Source of the DNA: Catajapyx aquilonaris
Lineage: Eukaryota
DNA length: 45,243 bases
Assembly (NCBI GenBank): GCA_000934665.2
Contig: JYFJ02003326.1
Location: 1 to 45,243, forward strand
Direction: 5' to 3'
This document shows, piece by piece, positions 1 to 39,772 of the stretch; within the stretch, counting starts at the first letter, position 1, and every line of letters starts with the position of its first letter. The notes beneath the pieces are model-generated. The model made no database searches, was not told the DNA's origin, and was given only the letters and a program-made list of their open reading frames with translations. The position numbers and the translations under genes are program-made.

Positions 1-276
1 TTGAAATATGCATGTTTTCGCTTGTTGCCATATTTTCACCTCGCACATCTCAACTACACGCGGAGCTAACGAAGATTTTATTTCATAGCCTGGAAGGGGT
101 CACCGAGTATATCACAAAATATAATCGGCATAACCGTCACGTTTACCATAACGCCGTAATAAATTGCGAAATATGCGAATTTTGACCAAAATATGCAATG
201 TTGGAGATTTTTTTGCAGGTGACTGTACCATTAAATGAGGTAAATTTATGCATGACATAACAGCGTGTCATTCTAA

Positions 277-434
277 TGGCCGATTTCTCGAACAGTAGTT
301 CATTTTAAACTCGGTTCAAACTTAGTTTAAACTCTGCTTTATTTGTTGCGTTTCCTAGGATACTTCAAAGTAACAATGTTTCTAACAAACTTAAACCCGG
401 ATCACAGTTGAACTCCTGTTCGAGAAACTGGCCA
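277..434. mobile_element. PIF/Harbinger (Tourist-like) MITE, 158 bp
   Basis: TIRs TGGCCGATTTCTCGAACAG / CTGTTCGAGAAACTGGCCA (2 mismatches); TAA on both sides (274-276, 435-437), the 3-bp TSD typical of PIF/Harbinger. Confidence 0.8.
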
Positions 435-719
435 TAAAAGCATGAGTTAAAAATTTCATGTTGGTTCTCTGAACAGTTCCCGAGATATCCTCATTGAAAG
501 CAATGGAAAAAGCGGGAAAAAGTGCGTCTTCGCGTGATTGTGATTTTGGTACCCCTTCAAATAAATATTAATAACTCGATAACTAAATTTAATCTGGTAA
601 AACTGATTGTTCCATAAGAGTTCAATTCGATGTGGGTTTCACATATATATTTTTCAAAAAAATCGATGACTATGACCTGACACCTTTTTTCACTCACTGG
701 CTGATCTGAAATGGAACCA

Positions 720-1326
720 CCCAGTAAACAACTGAAATAAATACAATTATACTTCAAACTTTGGGCAGTGAATTTCTGTGGTGTCTGGCAAAGATTGCTG
801 CCACTACGTCTATTTCTTATTTACCTGGATGTAAATGTTAATAATGAACCTGAGGGACCACACAAACCCAAACCCTGTATTGAAATTAATTACAAAAAAT
901 CTACCACGGAATTTAAAAACATTTATAATGCCATGCAGAAATGAAACTTCCTGTGCATGTTTGAATTAAGAAATCTTAAATCCATTTACATTAATTGAAT
1001 TGAAATTGTTATCGTACTGACTACTGAGTTATAAACAACATTATCACATTTTAATTTAGTGATAAATAACACCGTTAAATGCGGTATCAATGTGGTGTAT
1101 CAATTTCTGAAAAAATTTATTACCCATAAAAAAATCATTCCGGCTGGTAGATTTTTTTGTAATTAATAATTTTAATCCTGGTTTTGGGTTTGTGTGGCCC
1201 CTGACGTTCATTATTAACATTTACATCCCGGTAAATAAGAAATAAACGTAGTGACAGCAATCTTTACCAGACCCCACAGAAATTCACTGCCCAAAGTATA
1301 ATCGTATTTATTTCAGTTGTTAATTG
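720..1326. mobile_element. Foldback MITE with ~190-bp inverted arms (CCCAG-type terminus, superfamily uncertain)
   Basis: ~726-911 is the diverged reverse complement of ~1137-1326 (e.g. GGGCAGTGAATTTCTGTGG / CCACAGAAATTCACTGCCC); non-coding; TSD not clear. Confidence 0.75.
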
Positions 1327-1380
1327 CCAAATTAACTTCAACTTTCGTATACTCCTACACCTCTATTGTTATACTATTAA

Positions 1381-1520
1381 CCCTTTGACGACTACGAACA
1401 TATTATATCATATGATGTCCGAGCTTCTACATTGCTGGAGGGCCTACGAACATCATATTATGATGTCTTGAGATTTTCCCTGCCAACTTGGGTCATTTTT
1501 TCAACTCATAAAATTCCAAC
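1381..1520. mobile_element. Truncated piggyBac-like MITE end
   Basis: TTAA|CCCTTTGAC start with a subterminal direct repeat CTACGAACAT..ATGATGTC; no matching right end found, so the right boundary is approximate. Confidence 0.4.
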
Positions 1521-2279
1521 CTCACCGATTTTCTCGGAATTCGGTGCATTAGTAGCCCACCCCAAGGGATGAAAAACGCACCTATGGTCACCTGATCAAA
1601 ATGACCATGTGACACCTGCACCCTCTACCACCATCTTTTCTGGTGACACGATTAGGATTTACACCCTGTAGAGTTATGGTATGTGCTTAAAAATTCCAAA
1701 CTTCGCTAACTCCACTCTTCTATACCTCGAAGGGTTTTTTTCCCCCTGCCCCATGGAGATTCAACTTACTGTATAAGAACTACCCAATGTGCCATGAACT
1801 TGCGATTGAGTGTACCACCTGTGCACTTCAGCCACGAGTACATCACCAATAAAAATAACTCAATGATCATCCCACTTGAAATAGGCGGCCAGATGCAGAG
1901 CCTACTACATTCTTTGCGAGGTGTCCTCGAAAACACCGCAGCTTGTACTCACATTTAAATGATTGCCGTACAGAGCTGACAGCCTTGCTTGTCATTCAAA
2001 ATATAGCAAAATCTCACGCATAATTTGACGACACTACTAACAGTGTCGTAAACAACATATGTGCACTTTTAAATTAAATATAGCACATAGGAGCTATAAT
2101 TCTTTTTAAATTAACTGTATTGATAACACCGCTCTTAGCGCCACATCACGGCTATAATTAAAAACGTTGAATGATACGACCACGATACGACGGACTCGCC
2201 AAGAAAATTCAGTAGGCTTTGATTTGTAACTAGCGCCATCTGCTGCACCTTGTTGGCTGGAGTTACATAAGGGAATTCC

Positions 2280-22794
<20,515 letters not shown>

Positions 22795-23287
22795 ACTGTG
22801 ATCAGCATGCTACTTTGTTAAAGAAGTGTTGCAATGCTTACATGGGTAAGACTAATACAAATGTCTCCTGTCCTAGCAGTTTCAACTGCTGAAAGGATTC
22901 CAACTTAACATATTGTGCCATCTGCATGAAATTCTTGTGTGCCATACAAGTCAGAAGGCTTTCATGCACCAGTATGGAGTCTCCGTGTGGTTCTGGAGTA
23001 TATTTTGCACTTTGGATTTTACTGATGCTTTTAATTGCAATTGAAAGAAACTCACAAAGCTTGGTAGACATACTTTACTGCTAATGCAGAGACCAAATAT
23101 TTTACAATATATTATTGTATCCCGTTACATTGACAATCATTCCAACCAATTACATCAAAATATTGTCTTTTTGCAGGTGAGATGTGTGTGAACTACAGCT
23201 TCTCTTCAGCATATGCATGACTTAATTCTAAATTGTGGTAAGTTACTTCTAAGTGCTACTTTCTTAAAATTTATCTTTGTGACTGTA

Positions 23288-23601
23288 CAGGGTGCTTTTT
23301 AATAGTGGGTCATCCGGATGGCTGGGCCAAAACGAGTCTAAAATATAGCGGGGAGGAGTGTCAAAAACCCAACCATTAACAATGTAGATGATGATAACCA
23401 TTTGGGTATCCCTTAGGCAATCGTGGCACCTAATCCTGGAATGTATGTGTGAATAAGTTGTCGCACCATGCTTTTTGGTCTTCATCACTTATGTCAATAA
23501 CATTTGGGTTTTCGACAATTCTCCCCCCCCCCCTCCTTTTTTGACTTGTTTTGGCTCAACTAAGCTGCCAGCCGTATAACCCACTAGTGAGGAACACCAT
23601 G
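23288..23601. mobile_element. Tc1/mariner-type MITE related to 13452-14750
   Basis: TA-CAGGGTG ... CACCATG-TA; shares the CCAACCATTAA..GTAGATGA and CTTGTTTTGGC blocks with the 13.5-14.7 kb element. Confidence 0.7.
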
Positions 23602-26600
23602 TAGTGTAGGAAGCATAAAAATCTCAGCATAATAATTACTACCGTATTTGAAAAGACAACATTGCTACCTGCATTTTCCAAGCATAATATCAAATCTACT
23701 TAACTGCAATGCTTGTGTGTATTGGATAATGCTGGTTCTCTGTTTATTTTTGTCATGTTCATCTCACAGCTTGTGGATTTCAGACCCTGGGTGACTTAAT
23801 AATTGTCTCACTTGTGGTAAGGTCATTGAAAAAAGCTAGCATAAGTACAACTTGTGCTGTACTTGTAAAAATGCGGTTAGGACCTGTCTCTAAATTTAAA
23901 TTTTTTAAGATAATGTGTAAAATGGGTCTCAAGCGTCCGAAAAGTGACATGTGTCACAATAAGAATGCCTTTAAGCCTGTTAAAAGGAAAAGAGAAGCTG
24001 TGCCCCCCATCCACCCACCCTGGTCTCCCTTGCTATTGTCATTCATGACGTCATTAGTCACCTGGTCAACAATGAAAGCACGGTAAACACATGGAAGTGG
24101 ACATGGAAATTGGCCACTACGAGTGCATTTTCAGTGTCCAGAAGGGTCACTGCCTGAGTCCTGATGTGAAGTGACCACTTAGTAATATTTTGAATGATTG
24201 GTCATCCCATGCGATGTACTGCATGTGTATATGTGCACCAATGCCCTCATTTGCAACCCATTTCATTTCACACTAGACATTCTTATTTGAGCTTTGTGGC
24301 CCTGGAAATGCTTCAGAAAGCAAGGCAAGATCCTCCATGTTAGACACAGTCACATCAGACAGAAAAACAGCATCAGACGTGGCTGTGGAAGGCAACAATA
24401 GCAGGAAATGCACAGACAGGGAATGCCTGCATTGTTGATGTTGGTTATTCATGATGTCACTCTTAGTCATGAGACCCCCCACCCAGTATCTTCCTGTTGA
24501 AGTGCCCAAAAAATTCGGACTTTTACCAGCATGCTTTTTGAAGGTCAGGTGATGATTTGAAAACACAGTTTCAAGTTTTAATTTTTGGGACTGTGGCCCT
24601 TTAAAGTGATTGTCCTGGAATGATGGCAAGTTATACAATTTCTGTAATTTTGTAAATTGAACCTAGAACTTCCATCTGACTGTGATGGCAGGAAAGTACC
24701 TACCTGTATCACACTTCATGCATGTTCCAAATGTTGAGTGCAACCTGGGGATGGCAAGGTCTGAGTCTCTGATAGGGCCACATGCAGCACTGAATGTATC
24801 AGGCCAGTCCATATATACCTTGACGGGAGGGAAGCGCATGAAGGCCAGCCTTTCCCTCCACCCATCCTTTGATGCTCTTGCATCCCATCCAGGCATAAAT
24901 GTACAGGCCCAATGCATGCAAAAAAAGGGCATCAGGCTCTCAGATCGATTGTGTCACCTGTAGGTGCATTTTCACTTGGCCCAAAATGAATAGACTGATT
25001 GCATGTCCATGAAAAGGAAGGCATTTCTACAAGTACTTTTCAAAATGCTCTTGTAATTTGGTAGATGTTGCAGTAAGCCTGACCTCTCAACTGCTTTGTT
25101 TTGTGGGAGATGTGGCTGTTTGTCATGTCAAAATTGGAAATAGCTGCATATTCTTTGTTCAGAAGCAGTGGATTTTTATATGGTAAGCATTTGGGAGGTC
25201 TCTTATATGGAATCTCTTTTTTTCCCCTGTGTACAAAAAATAAGTGGTACGGCACTGCTGTGCATTGCTAATTGCACTTCTTAGCTAGTCATGTTGGCTT
25301 AGCCTTAACTTTTGAGGATTCAGATTGCCTGTGAGTGATCTCTGGTTAGTGCCATTAGACAGTGTAATTTGTTCCCGATTATTTATTCCAGTGAGTTGTC
25401 AATTGGCTGTGAGGTGAGGCAGGTTTGAGAGCTCTCTCACACTAATCTTGTTACGTTGCTTGTTGAGTTTAAAAGTTTATATTATGTTAAATGTGATTTA
25501 GTTTGAAATGACATGCACAGAGTGCGTTGTCTAATGATGCCGTCTGTCTTTATACCCCACAAATAAAATACATCGATTAAGGTGCACTTGTGTGCTGTGT
25601 AATTGAGAAAAATCCTCTTCATTTGTGCAAGGCAAGCTTTGTATCTGTAGTAAACCACTTTGCAGAGGTCCACATTGCAGCTTGTAACTTGTAGTCATGA
25701 AATTGTACTGTATTACAGTGGCTTTCTGCATACCATGCCATGAAATGCTATAAGCACATTATTCCACACACCATTATGCAGTGCCTTGCTTGTGCTTATT
25801 GATAGGTCACATTGCTAATAAACCTGTTACCACCATTGATCCTGTTTTTATTTCTTCTTGACATGAAGCTCGTTGATCCAAAGTAGCCCCCTGCAATTCC
25901 TCTGATATGGTAGGGCACTTAGAGAGTCTCCACCACAGCGGATTTGGGTGCTGCAGGCACTCCAGAGGGGACCCAGACTCACTCGGGCGGGTGGCAGGGT
26001 CGAATCTGCCAAGGGATGCTGTGCAGTATGTCTGAGAAAAGAAGCCCAGAGCTCTTGGCCTTGTTTAGGTTTCCTACCCATTCCGAGAGAGCTCTGCAGT
26101 GGTTTGGATTGGTTCAGAAGGCGACAAGGCGTCCACCCAAGTGAGTGGTCCCCGCTGGAGTGCTGGCAGCCCCAAATTCCAGGCTGGTGGAGACTCATAA
26201 ATACCCCTACCGTCACCATAAGACTAGGTTGGGAGTTGCCCCCTGCAAAGGGCTGATCCAAAGAAATAAAAATACCAAAGCAGGTTGTAAGCCGTATGTA
26301 TTCTCATAACAAGCACTTACGAGGTATGGCTGGGGCCATAGACACCATAATAAAGTAAATGAAGCCTATTTGGCACTTGGAATCAACTCAAGATTGGAAA
26401 ATGACAACCGAGTGAAGCCATTAACCTAAATTTTCATGAGAGGTAAATGTGGTTTTTCTATAGGTAGGCACACATTTTTTTCAGATGACTGATTTGTAAT
26501 AATGTAAAAGATTGCATTGACCAAGGCAGCAATTCTTTGATAACTTGGGTAACAACCAATTAGATAACCTGCAACGTAATGCCAATTTCCCATTGATAAG

Positions 26601-26959
26601 TGAATTCAAATGGTGCCTAATACTCCCCAGTTTTGTGAAAGCCTGCAAACAAGTTACCTGAATCATGTCAGCATTTATTAAAGTGAGTGATGATCCTGAG
26701 ACTAGCTGTTTTGTAGAGTTTTGTGCTGAAGTTTTCTAGCAGTTGATTTGCACATTTTTAGGACACATGGATTGCCTGATACCCAGCGCATCTAAACAAT
26801 TCTCTCAATATAAAAAATACCAAAGGACTTCAGTGTGCTCATGAAAAATCAATAGTAAAGGCTACGGACACTTCCTGTGAGCCTTAACCCACAGAGACTT
26901 GAGCAGAGTCAGCACATTTATGCAACAACCCAAACATTGTGCATGTGGGTTGAATTTAA

Positions 26960-27243
26960 CCCTGGAACCGTGCCATGCCTGAAAGTTATGTTGACCGTGC
27001 CATGGGGTCTTTTAGGACCCCACGCCATATTTTAATTTTTATTAATTTTTATATAATACTTTTCAATATATTGACTACATGCAATCATTCTTTGAACAAT
27101 GCCTCAAATGATCACTAATTCAAAATAAACATGCACTTCCTGTTATATACTTTTTTAAATGGCAAACAGTTCATTGTAATTGTAATTTTAATGCATTTTA
27201 ATTCCTTTGGGGTCTGAAAAGACCCCACGGCATGGTTCCAGGG
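26960..27243. mobile_element. piggyBac-like MITE
   Basis: TTAA|CCCTGGAACCGTGCC ... GGCATGGTTCCAGGG; subterminal GGGGTC....GACCCC palindromes at both ends. Confidence 0.75.
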
Positions 27244-28319
27244 TTCCATTGAAAATAGAGTGTCCTCTCAGGCGGTGATTTGAAAAAACTGAAATTAGTC
27301 ATTACACACAAACAAATACTTTTGCAAACTTAGCGTCCTCTTGATTTACGCTTTTTGAGAATTACTGACATGAAATTACCCAAGTTGATTTTGGCTTCAC
27401 TATGGAGCTAATCCACTGCCAAGTTTTGAATCACCTCTCATGCTGGTGTTACACATGCATTCATCATGGCATTGTCCCATGAAGGGGTAACCAGCAATGA
27501 CCACCTATTTCATATGACCCATATATGTGAATCCCCCGGTGATTGGTCAGATACATGCAGAATTAGTGGCACTGCCACATCTACTTAGAATCTCATCCAT
27601 AGATGAGCTCTATAGAACTTTCAAGTTGAAATAGTATTTATACAATGGGTATCAGGCAATCCATGTATAATAAAACATGTGCAAAATACAAGATAAGGGT
27701 GGGGGGGAAACATAAGCCACGATGATGATAATTTGAGAATCACTGAGATCACATAGGGTGGAATTCAGAGAGGTTCTTGAGCTTTCAGCATGCTATTTCA
27801 AGCCATCTACATGCAAATTTAACCATCCTCCAGTTCAAGGATGCGCTTAGTGCCAGCATTCAGTGTCTTTCTAAACATGTTTGTTATACACGGAATGATA
27901 ACCTGAGGTGTTTGGGGCAGTTTTGTGGGGAAAATGGGAAAAATTACCTCTCATGTAACAATTCACTGCATGTTGCGTGAAGTACGTATGCAAACTGATT
28001 TTAACATGGTTAAACTCTTTTCGGATATCAATTTTCATTTTCCATGCTTCAGTTAGATCACTGTACAACATGTGTCACTTGGAAGCAAAGGCAACAATGG
28101 CAGCGTATCAAAAACTAAGCTTCCAGTAAAATTATGTCAAAGGCAGCATTTTGCATGCATAAAAAAAGAGATTCATTAAAACTAAAGTGTATAAAATATT
28201 AATTTTATACTGTCAAAATAGCAATCATTAATTTTCACATTAATTAGTCATGTAGAAGGCACTAAGATGCACCTTGTCATGTTAGCACCAGTGTTGCGAA
28301 ATGTGATACTGCTAATATA

Positions 28320-30324
28320 TTAATTGTGGTCCCGCCTGCGGGATATTTTTTTGGTCTTGTCTGATGTCTTTGGTGGGGGTGGTGCTCTAGCACTCACATG
28401 TCTGCTGTACAAGCTGAAATTACAAAGTGAAGTAAGTCATGGCAACAAGTACATCAGCATATTCAACACTTACAACTTGTATGTTTCTGTTCTGATGTAA
28501 TCAATCACATGACTGATACCAACTTGAAGCTGGTCAGCAATTGGTGGAACCCAGGGGTTGTTTTCCATTTTTAGTACGGACTTGTTTCCCGTCAGATCCA
28601 GCTGGCCGATTTCAGGAGGAATAACAGTTAATCTATTGCCCTGGATGTGCAGCTCCCTCAATCGGGTGATGTCTCCAATCTCTTTCGGAATCTCCACCAA
28701 ATCGTTTTCTCTTAAGACCAGCTAAAAAAATGTGGGCTCTATCAGTATAATGCCAGTTGAATCGATTTTCATGACAATACTTACAATTTGTAAGTTTTTG
28801 AGCTGTCCAACTTCAGCAGGCAAATACTCAAAGTCATTGTCACCCAAGTATAATGCTCGAAGAGTTTCTGGAATATATTCATGGCACAGGTTAAAATGAA
28901 AACTTGCCAATGGGAGCACTCACCAATAAGGAAAAAGTTCCCTGGAAGGCTCGTCTCATTCAAGTTGTTATATGTGAAGTCTAGTACCTCCAGAACGGGG
29001 AATGAGCCAAATCCTCTAGGAAGAGTGGTCAAACGATTCATCCTAGAAGAGTAAATAATTTTACTGGCATGCCATTTCTTAGACTGGACACACTAGGTGG
29101 TGCAACTGTGATGCCAGGCTGAAAAGCGTCATCCAGTGTAGTTGCAGTGCTGTTCCCCTTTTAAAGCACTGCTTGTAAACCTGTTCATACAACCTGCCAG
29201 CCCAACATTATGGTCGCATCACCTAGCCAAATGTCTCACCCCACGTTCAGTATTCTCAGTTTTGGCATGGATGATAGTGATGTAGGCAACTCCTCGATGT
29301 AATTGTTGAATAGGTTCAGGATTTCTAGGTTGATCAAGTTTGCCAAACTTGGTGGAACAACTGAAATATACAAGTACAATTCCATAATCATGACGACCAC
29401 TGTCAATTTTTCACCAGATTTCAACACACTTACCTTTAATCTTGTTGTGGCTCAAGGTTAACCTAGTTATATTTGTCATATCCACTGTAACAAATTAAAA
29501 GTAATTAGCAGTTGTACACTGAATATATCAAGTGATGAAAATTAATGAGTGGGTAAAGGTAGGTCTGCCCCCCCATCCCCCACCCGCGGTATAAAAAAGC
29601 AACTGCCATTCATTTCCTATGTTAAGTTCACATTAACTGTATTTTTACAGAAGCCACTGCTCTATGGTTAATTTTCAATAGTCATATTCATAACCTCAAT
29701 GATGATGGATTTTGAGAGCAGCAGGACACAATCAAATCCCAAGAAAACCCATGCATATACATGGGGAGAACCCACAGAAACTCCACTATGTGCCAATATT
29801 TACTTCACAACTGTCACAATTATTCCAATCCATGAATATATGACTGAATCATATAGCATCAGAGGTACTGTCCCTTGGTCCACATGTCTTAATTAAAATT
29901 TTGACACCTTTTAATTATGTTGCAGCCACTCTTGGCAGGCCAACAAAAGTAGGTCACCTGTAGCTGCACCTTGGCAAAACAACCTGAAGCACACCCACAT
30001 AAATATTTAAGTATCTAAAAATCATAATTTGAATCTATAACTAATTTTTTCGTCGCACAACCCAACTTTGCAAACTTTAAAACAAAAAACAAAAAAAAAT
30101 GCAAGGGTGTGGCCCAAGGTTCCAAGGTCCAGTTTCCTTTTTTGGTCAGGTTGCATGCAAAGGAGGCGGGTCTCACCCAATCCGGGGAGCTCATCCAGCG
30201 ACAGCAAACTCTTATCCGCCAGATCCAGCTCCGGGTTCCGGGTTTCTTTGGCCTCATCGAGGACCCTCTTCCCCTTCGACATCTTGCCACTGTTGGGGAT
30301 GCAGGAAACTGGGGCCTTTTCCAT
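28320..30324 (-). CDS. RSU1: Ras suppressor protein 1 (leucine-rich repeat; Drosophila icarus orthologue), 287 aa
   Basis: complement join(30177-30324,29434-29484,29240-29360,28924-29042,28785-28867,28474-28721,28320-28413) = 864 nt, all GT-AG. LRR repeats, LPRGFGSFPVLEVLDFTYNNL, LRALYLGDNDFE, LRELHIQGNRLTVIPPEIG, NPWVPPIADQLQVGISHV, and C-terminal PPPK..DKTKKISR are diagnostic. Confidence 0.96.
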
Positions 30325-31402
30325 TGCGCGCGCAACTCCCGCCCAGATTAGCCCGACTTTCAAATCAGTGGCAGCTCACTTCGACTGCCTGGACTCCTCT
30401 AGCTCACTTTCCCGATTACGTCACCTGAGTTGAGCCAGGGCTACCTCAACTCCAGTGCGTGGGTGGCTCATGGGCCCACGTCTTCTGCACCTGTCCAATC
30501 ATGAAGCGGGGAGGAAAGTTATATGAGGATGTGTGAGTGTGACACCTTCGCAAATGGCGGGTGGGAGGAATAATGGTTAAGACCTTACGAGTAGCGAAGA
30601 TGAAGAGAAGTAGTAATAAAGTCCTAGATTACTATTACTCTTTGGTAATAATAGAGCAACAAAAATGCCACAGCATAATTTATATATTCTTCGGGTTGTC
30701 GGCAAAGTGAAAGATCGTCGCGTCGTTCGGAAGGTGCGTTTTGCTGTACCTTCGCAGACATTGGGAAAGCGTGACTTTATCGGGATTTGTTCAACTCATG
30801 GCAAAGACCTTGTTACTGTTACTGTTACTATTACAGTACGTTAACCAAATAGCGTGACGTTAACTCACTGTCAGCTCACACGGTTCCCAAGAAGGAAAAT
30901 GTGATCATTTTATAACACATGAGTTACATATTCTGTATTTCTTTTTTACTTTCAGTGTACAAAAAACATTTGGACTATTTTTACACATAACTTATGTCAT
31001 ATAATGATGAAATTGCAAAGTTATTACTGAATATGAAAATCACTATTTGCGACTCAAAGTTTGCGACTATTAGATGATAAACATGCACTCTAGCGGCAGA
31101 TTTCAGAAATACCAGTGACGCATTTCATCAGCTATAATTACACTGCATAATATGATTTGAACCAACCGTTTTATATTATCCCTTACATCACATAATTAAA
31201 ACCGTTAAATCAGATCATTTAACAGTTTATGTAGTTAAATATGTTGATCCAGGTTACAAGAAATTGATAGCTTGGGGGAGGAGACGTGGCAACATTGACA
31301 TCCTGTGCAGGACGCCAGCCATCTCATAATACTCGTTTGTGAATCGAGAGTACTCCACGCCCTTTTACTTTTTACTTTCACATTTATTGGAAGCAGTTTA
31401 AT
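30325..31402. promoter_or_regulatory. Divergent promoter interval between RSU1 and the hnRNP gene
   Basis: Opposite-facing ATGs ~1.08 kb apart; CpG-containing; CCAAT ~30495, AAATGGCG (YY1-like) ~30552, ACGTCA/TGACGT ~30418 and ~30855. Transcription starts not determined. Confidence 0.5.
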
Positions 31403-38948
<7,546 letters not shown>

Positions 38949-38980
38949 GCACCAGGCTCCACAAACTGTGACCACTCTTG

Positions 38981-39553
38981 GTGAGTAGGTTTTTTGCCTG
39001 TCCTCGAGCTTGCAGACACATTGCGTGTGAGCATAGACATCCCGGAAATGGAAAGTAGCAGGGGTAAAAGAGTATTGATGCGGATATGAGGGTGATGTTA
39101 CTACCTTGGCGGTTGTGTAATGAACACTCAAGTGACTAACATGTTTTGCATCCAACTCCAGGTACCTCTTAAAATGCAACAGGCTAGAGCGGACAGGCTA
39201 AAATGGACAGGATGATGATGAGGAGGCAGGCAGGCCAGCTAGGGTTTTATGAGGCAGGTCAACGTTGCTGTAGCCAGGTTAATAGCCTGAGGAACATCAC
39301 TACTGCAGGCTGCCCTGTGGATATAGACCTTAGCTCCATGCTGCTCGGGAAACATCAGTTTAAATCACGAGCAGGAAGAGATCTTTTACTTTCTGGATGT
39401 GGGCGCAAAGTCAGTTTTTTACACCTGACCGTGAGTGATAGATGGAAGGTGTCAAGAGGGCACAGGAAAGTGTGTGAAGCTTGAAATGAAGATCAAACCA
39501 AATCCTGGTGTTAATAACAAACATTTATGTGTGATTCAGCTCTCCTTTCTTAG
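38981..39553 (+). other. Probable 3'UTR intron of the hnRNP gene
   Basis: Donor TTG|GTGAGT 32 nt after the stop codon; acceptor CTTCTCCTTTCTTAG| at 39553 (inferred). Confidence 0.6.
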
Positions 39554-39766
39554 GTGGTCTTTATACGTAGGGTGTTAGTGCGCTGTCTTGATCATGAAGC
39601 ACAACTCTTAATCACAGTGTGATTTTTTTCCATTGTAGTATTTACAATTGCTTTATGTTTCTTCATGTACTTTGTCAAGAGGACAGTTCCCATGTACTAA
39701 GGACGTTAAACGTGATGACCCCATTTTGTGGTCTTAGGTAGATTAGATGTGTCCTTATACAACACA

Positions 39767-39772
39767 AATAAA
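39767..39772 (+). promoter_or_regulatory. Candidate polyadenylation signal AATAAA for the hnRNP gene
   Basis: First AATAAA after the putative terminal-exon acceptor; other candidates at ~40665 and ~40764. Confidence 0.4.

Noticed and set aside
25848..26261. GC-rich ORFs with faint similarity to a LINE RT C-terminus (RALQWFGLVQ)
   Set aside because: A single weak motif, not enough to call.
39210..39292. Box C/D snoRNA (ATGATGA ... CTGA) in the hnRNP 3'UTR intron
   Set aside because: No terminal stem and no rRNA/snRNA antisense element that I can recognise.
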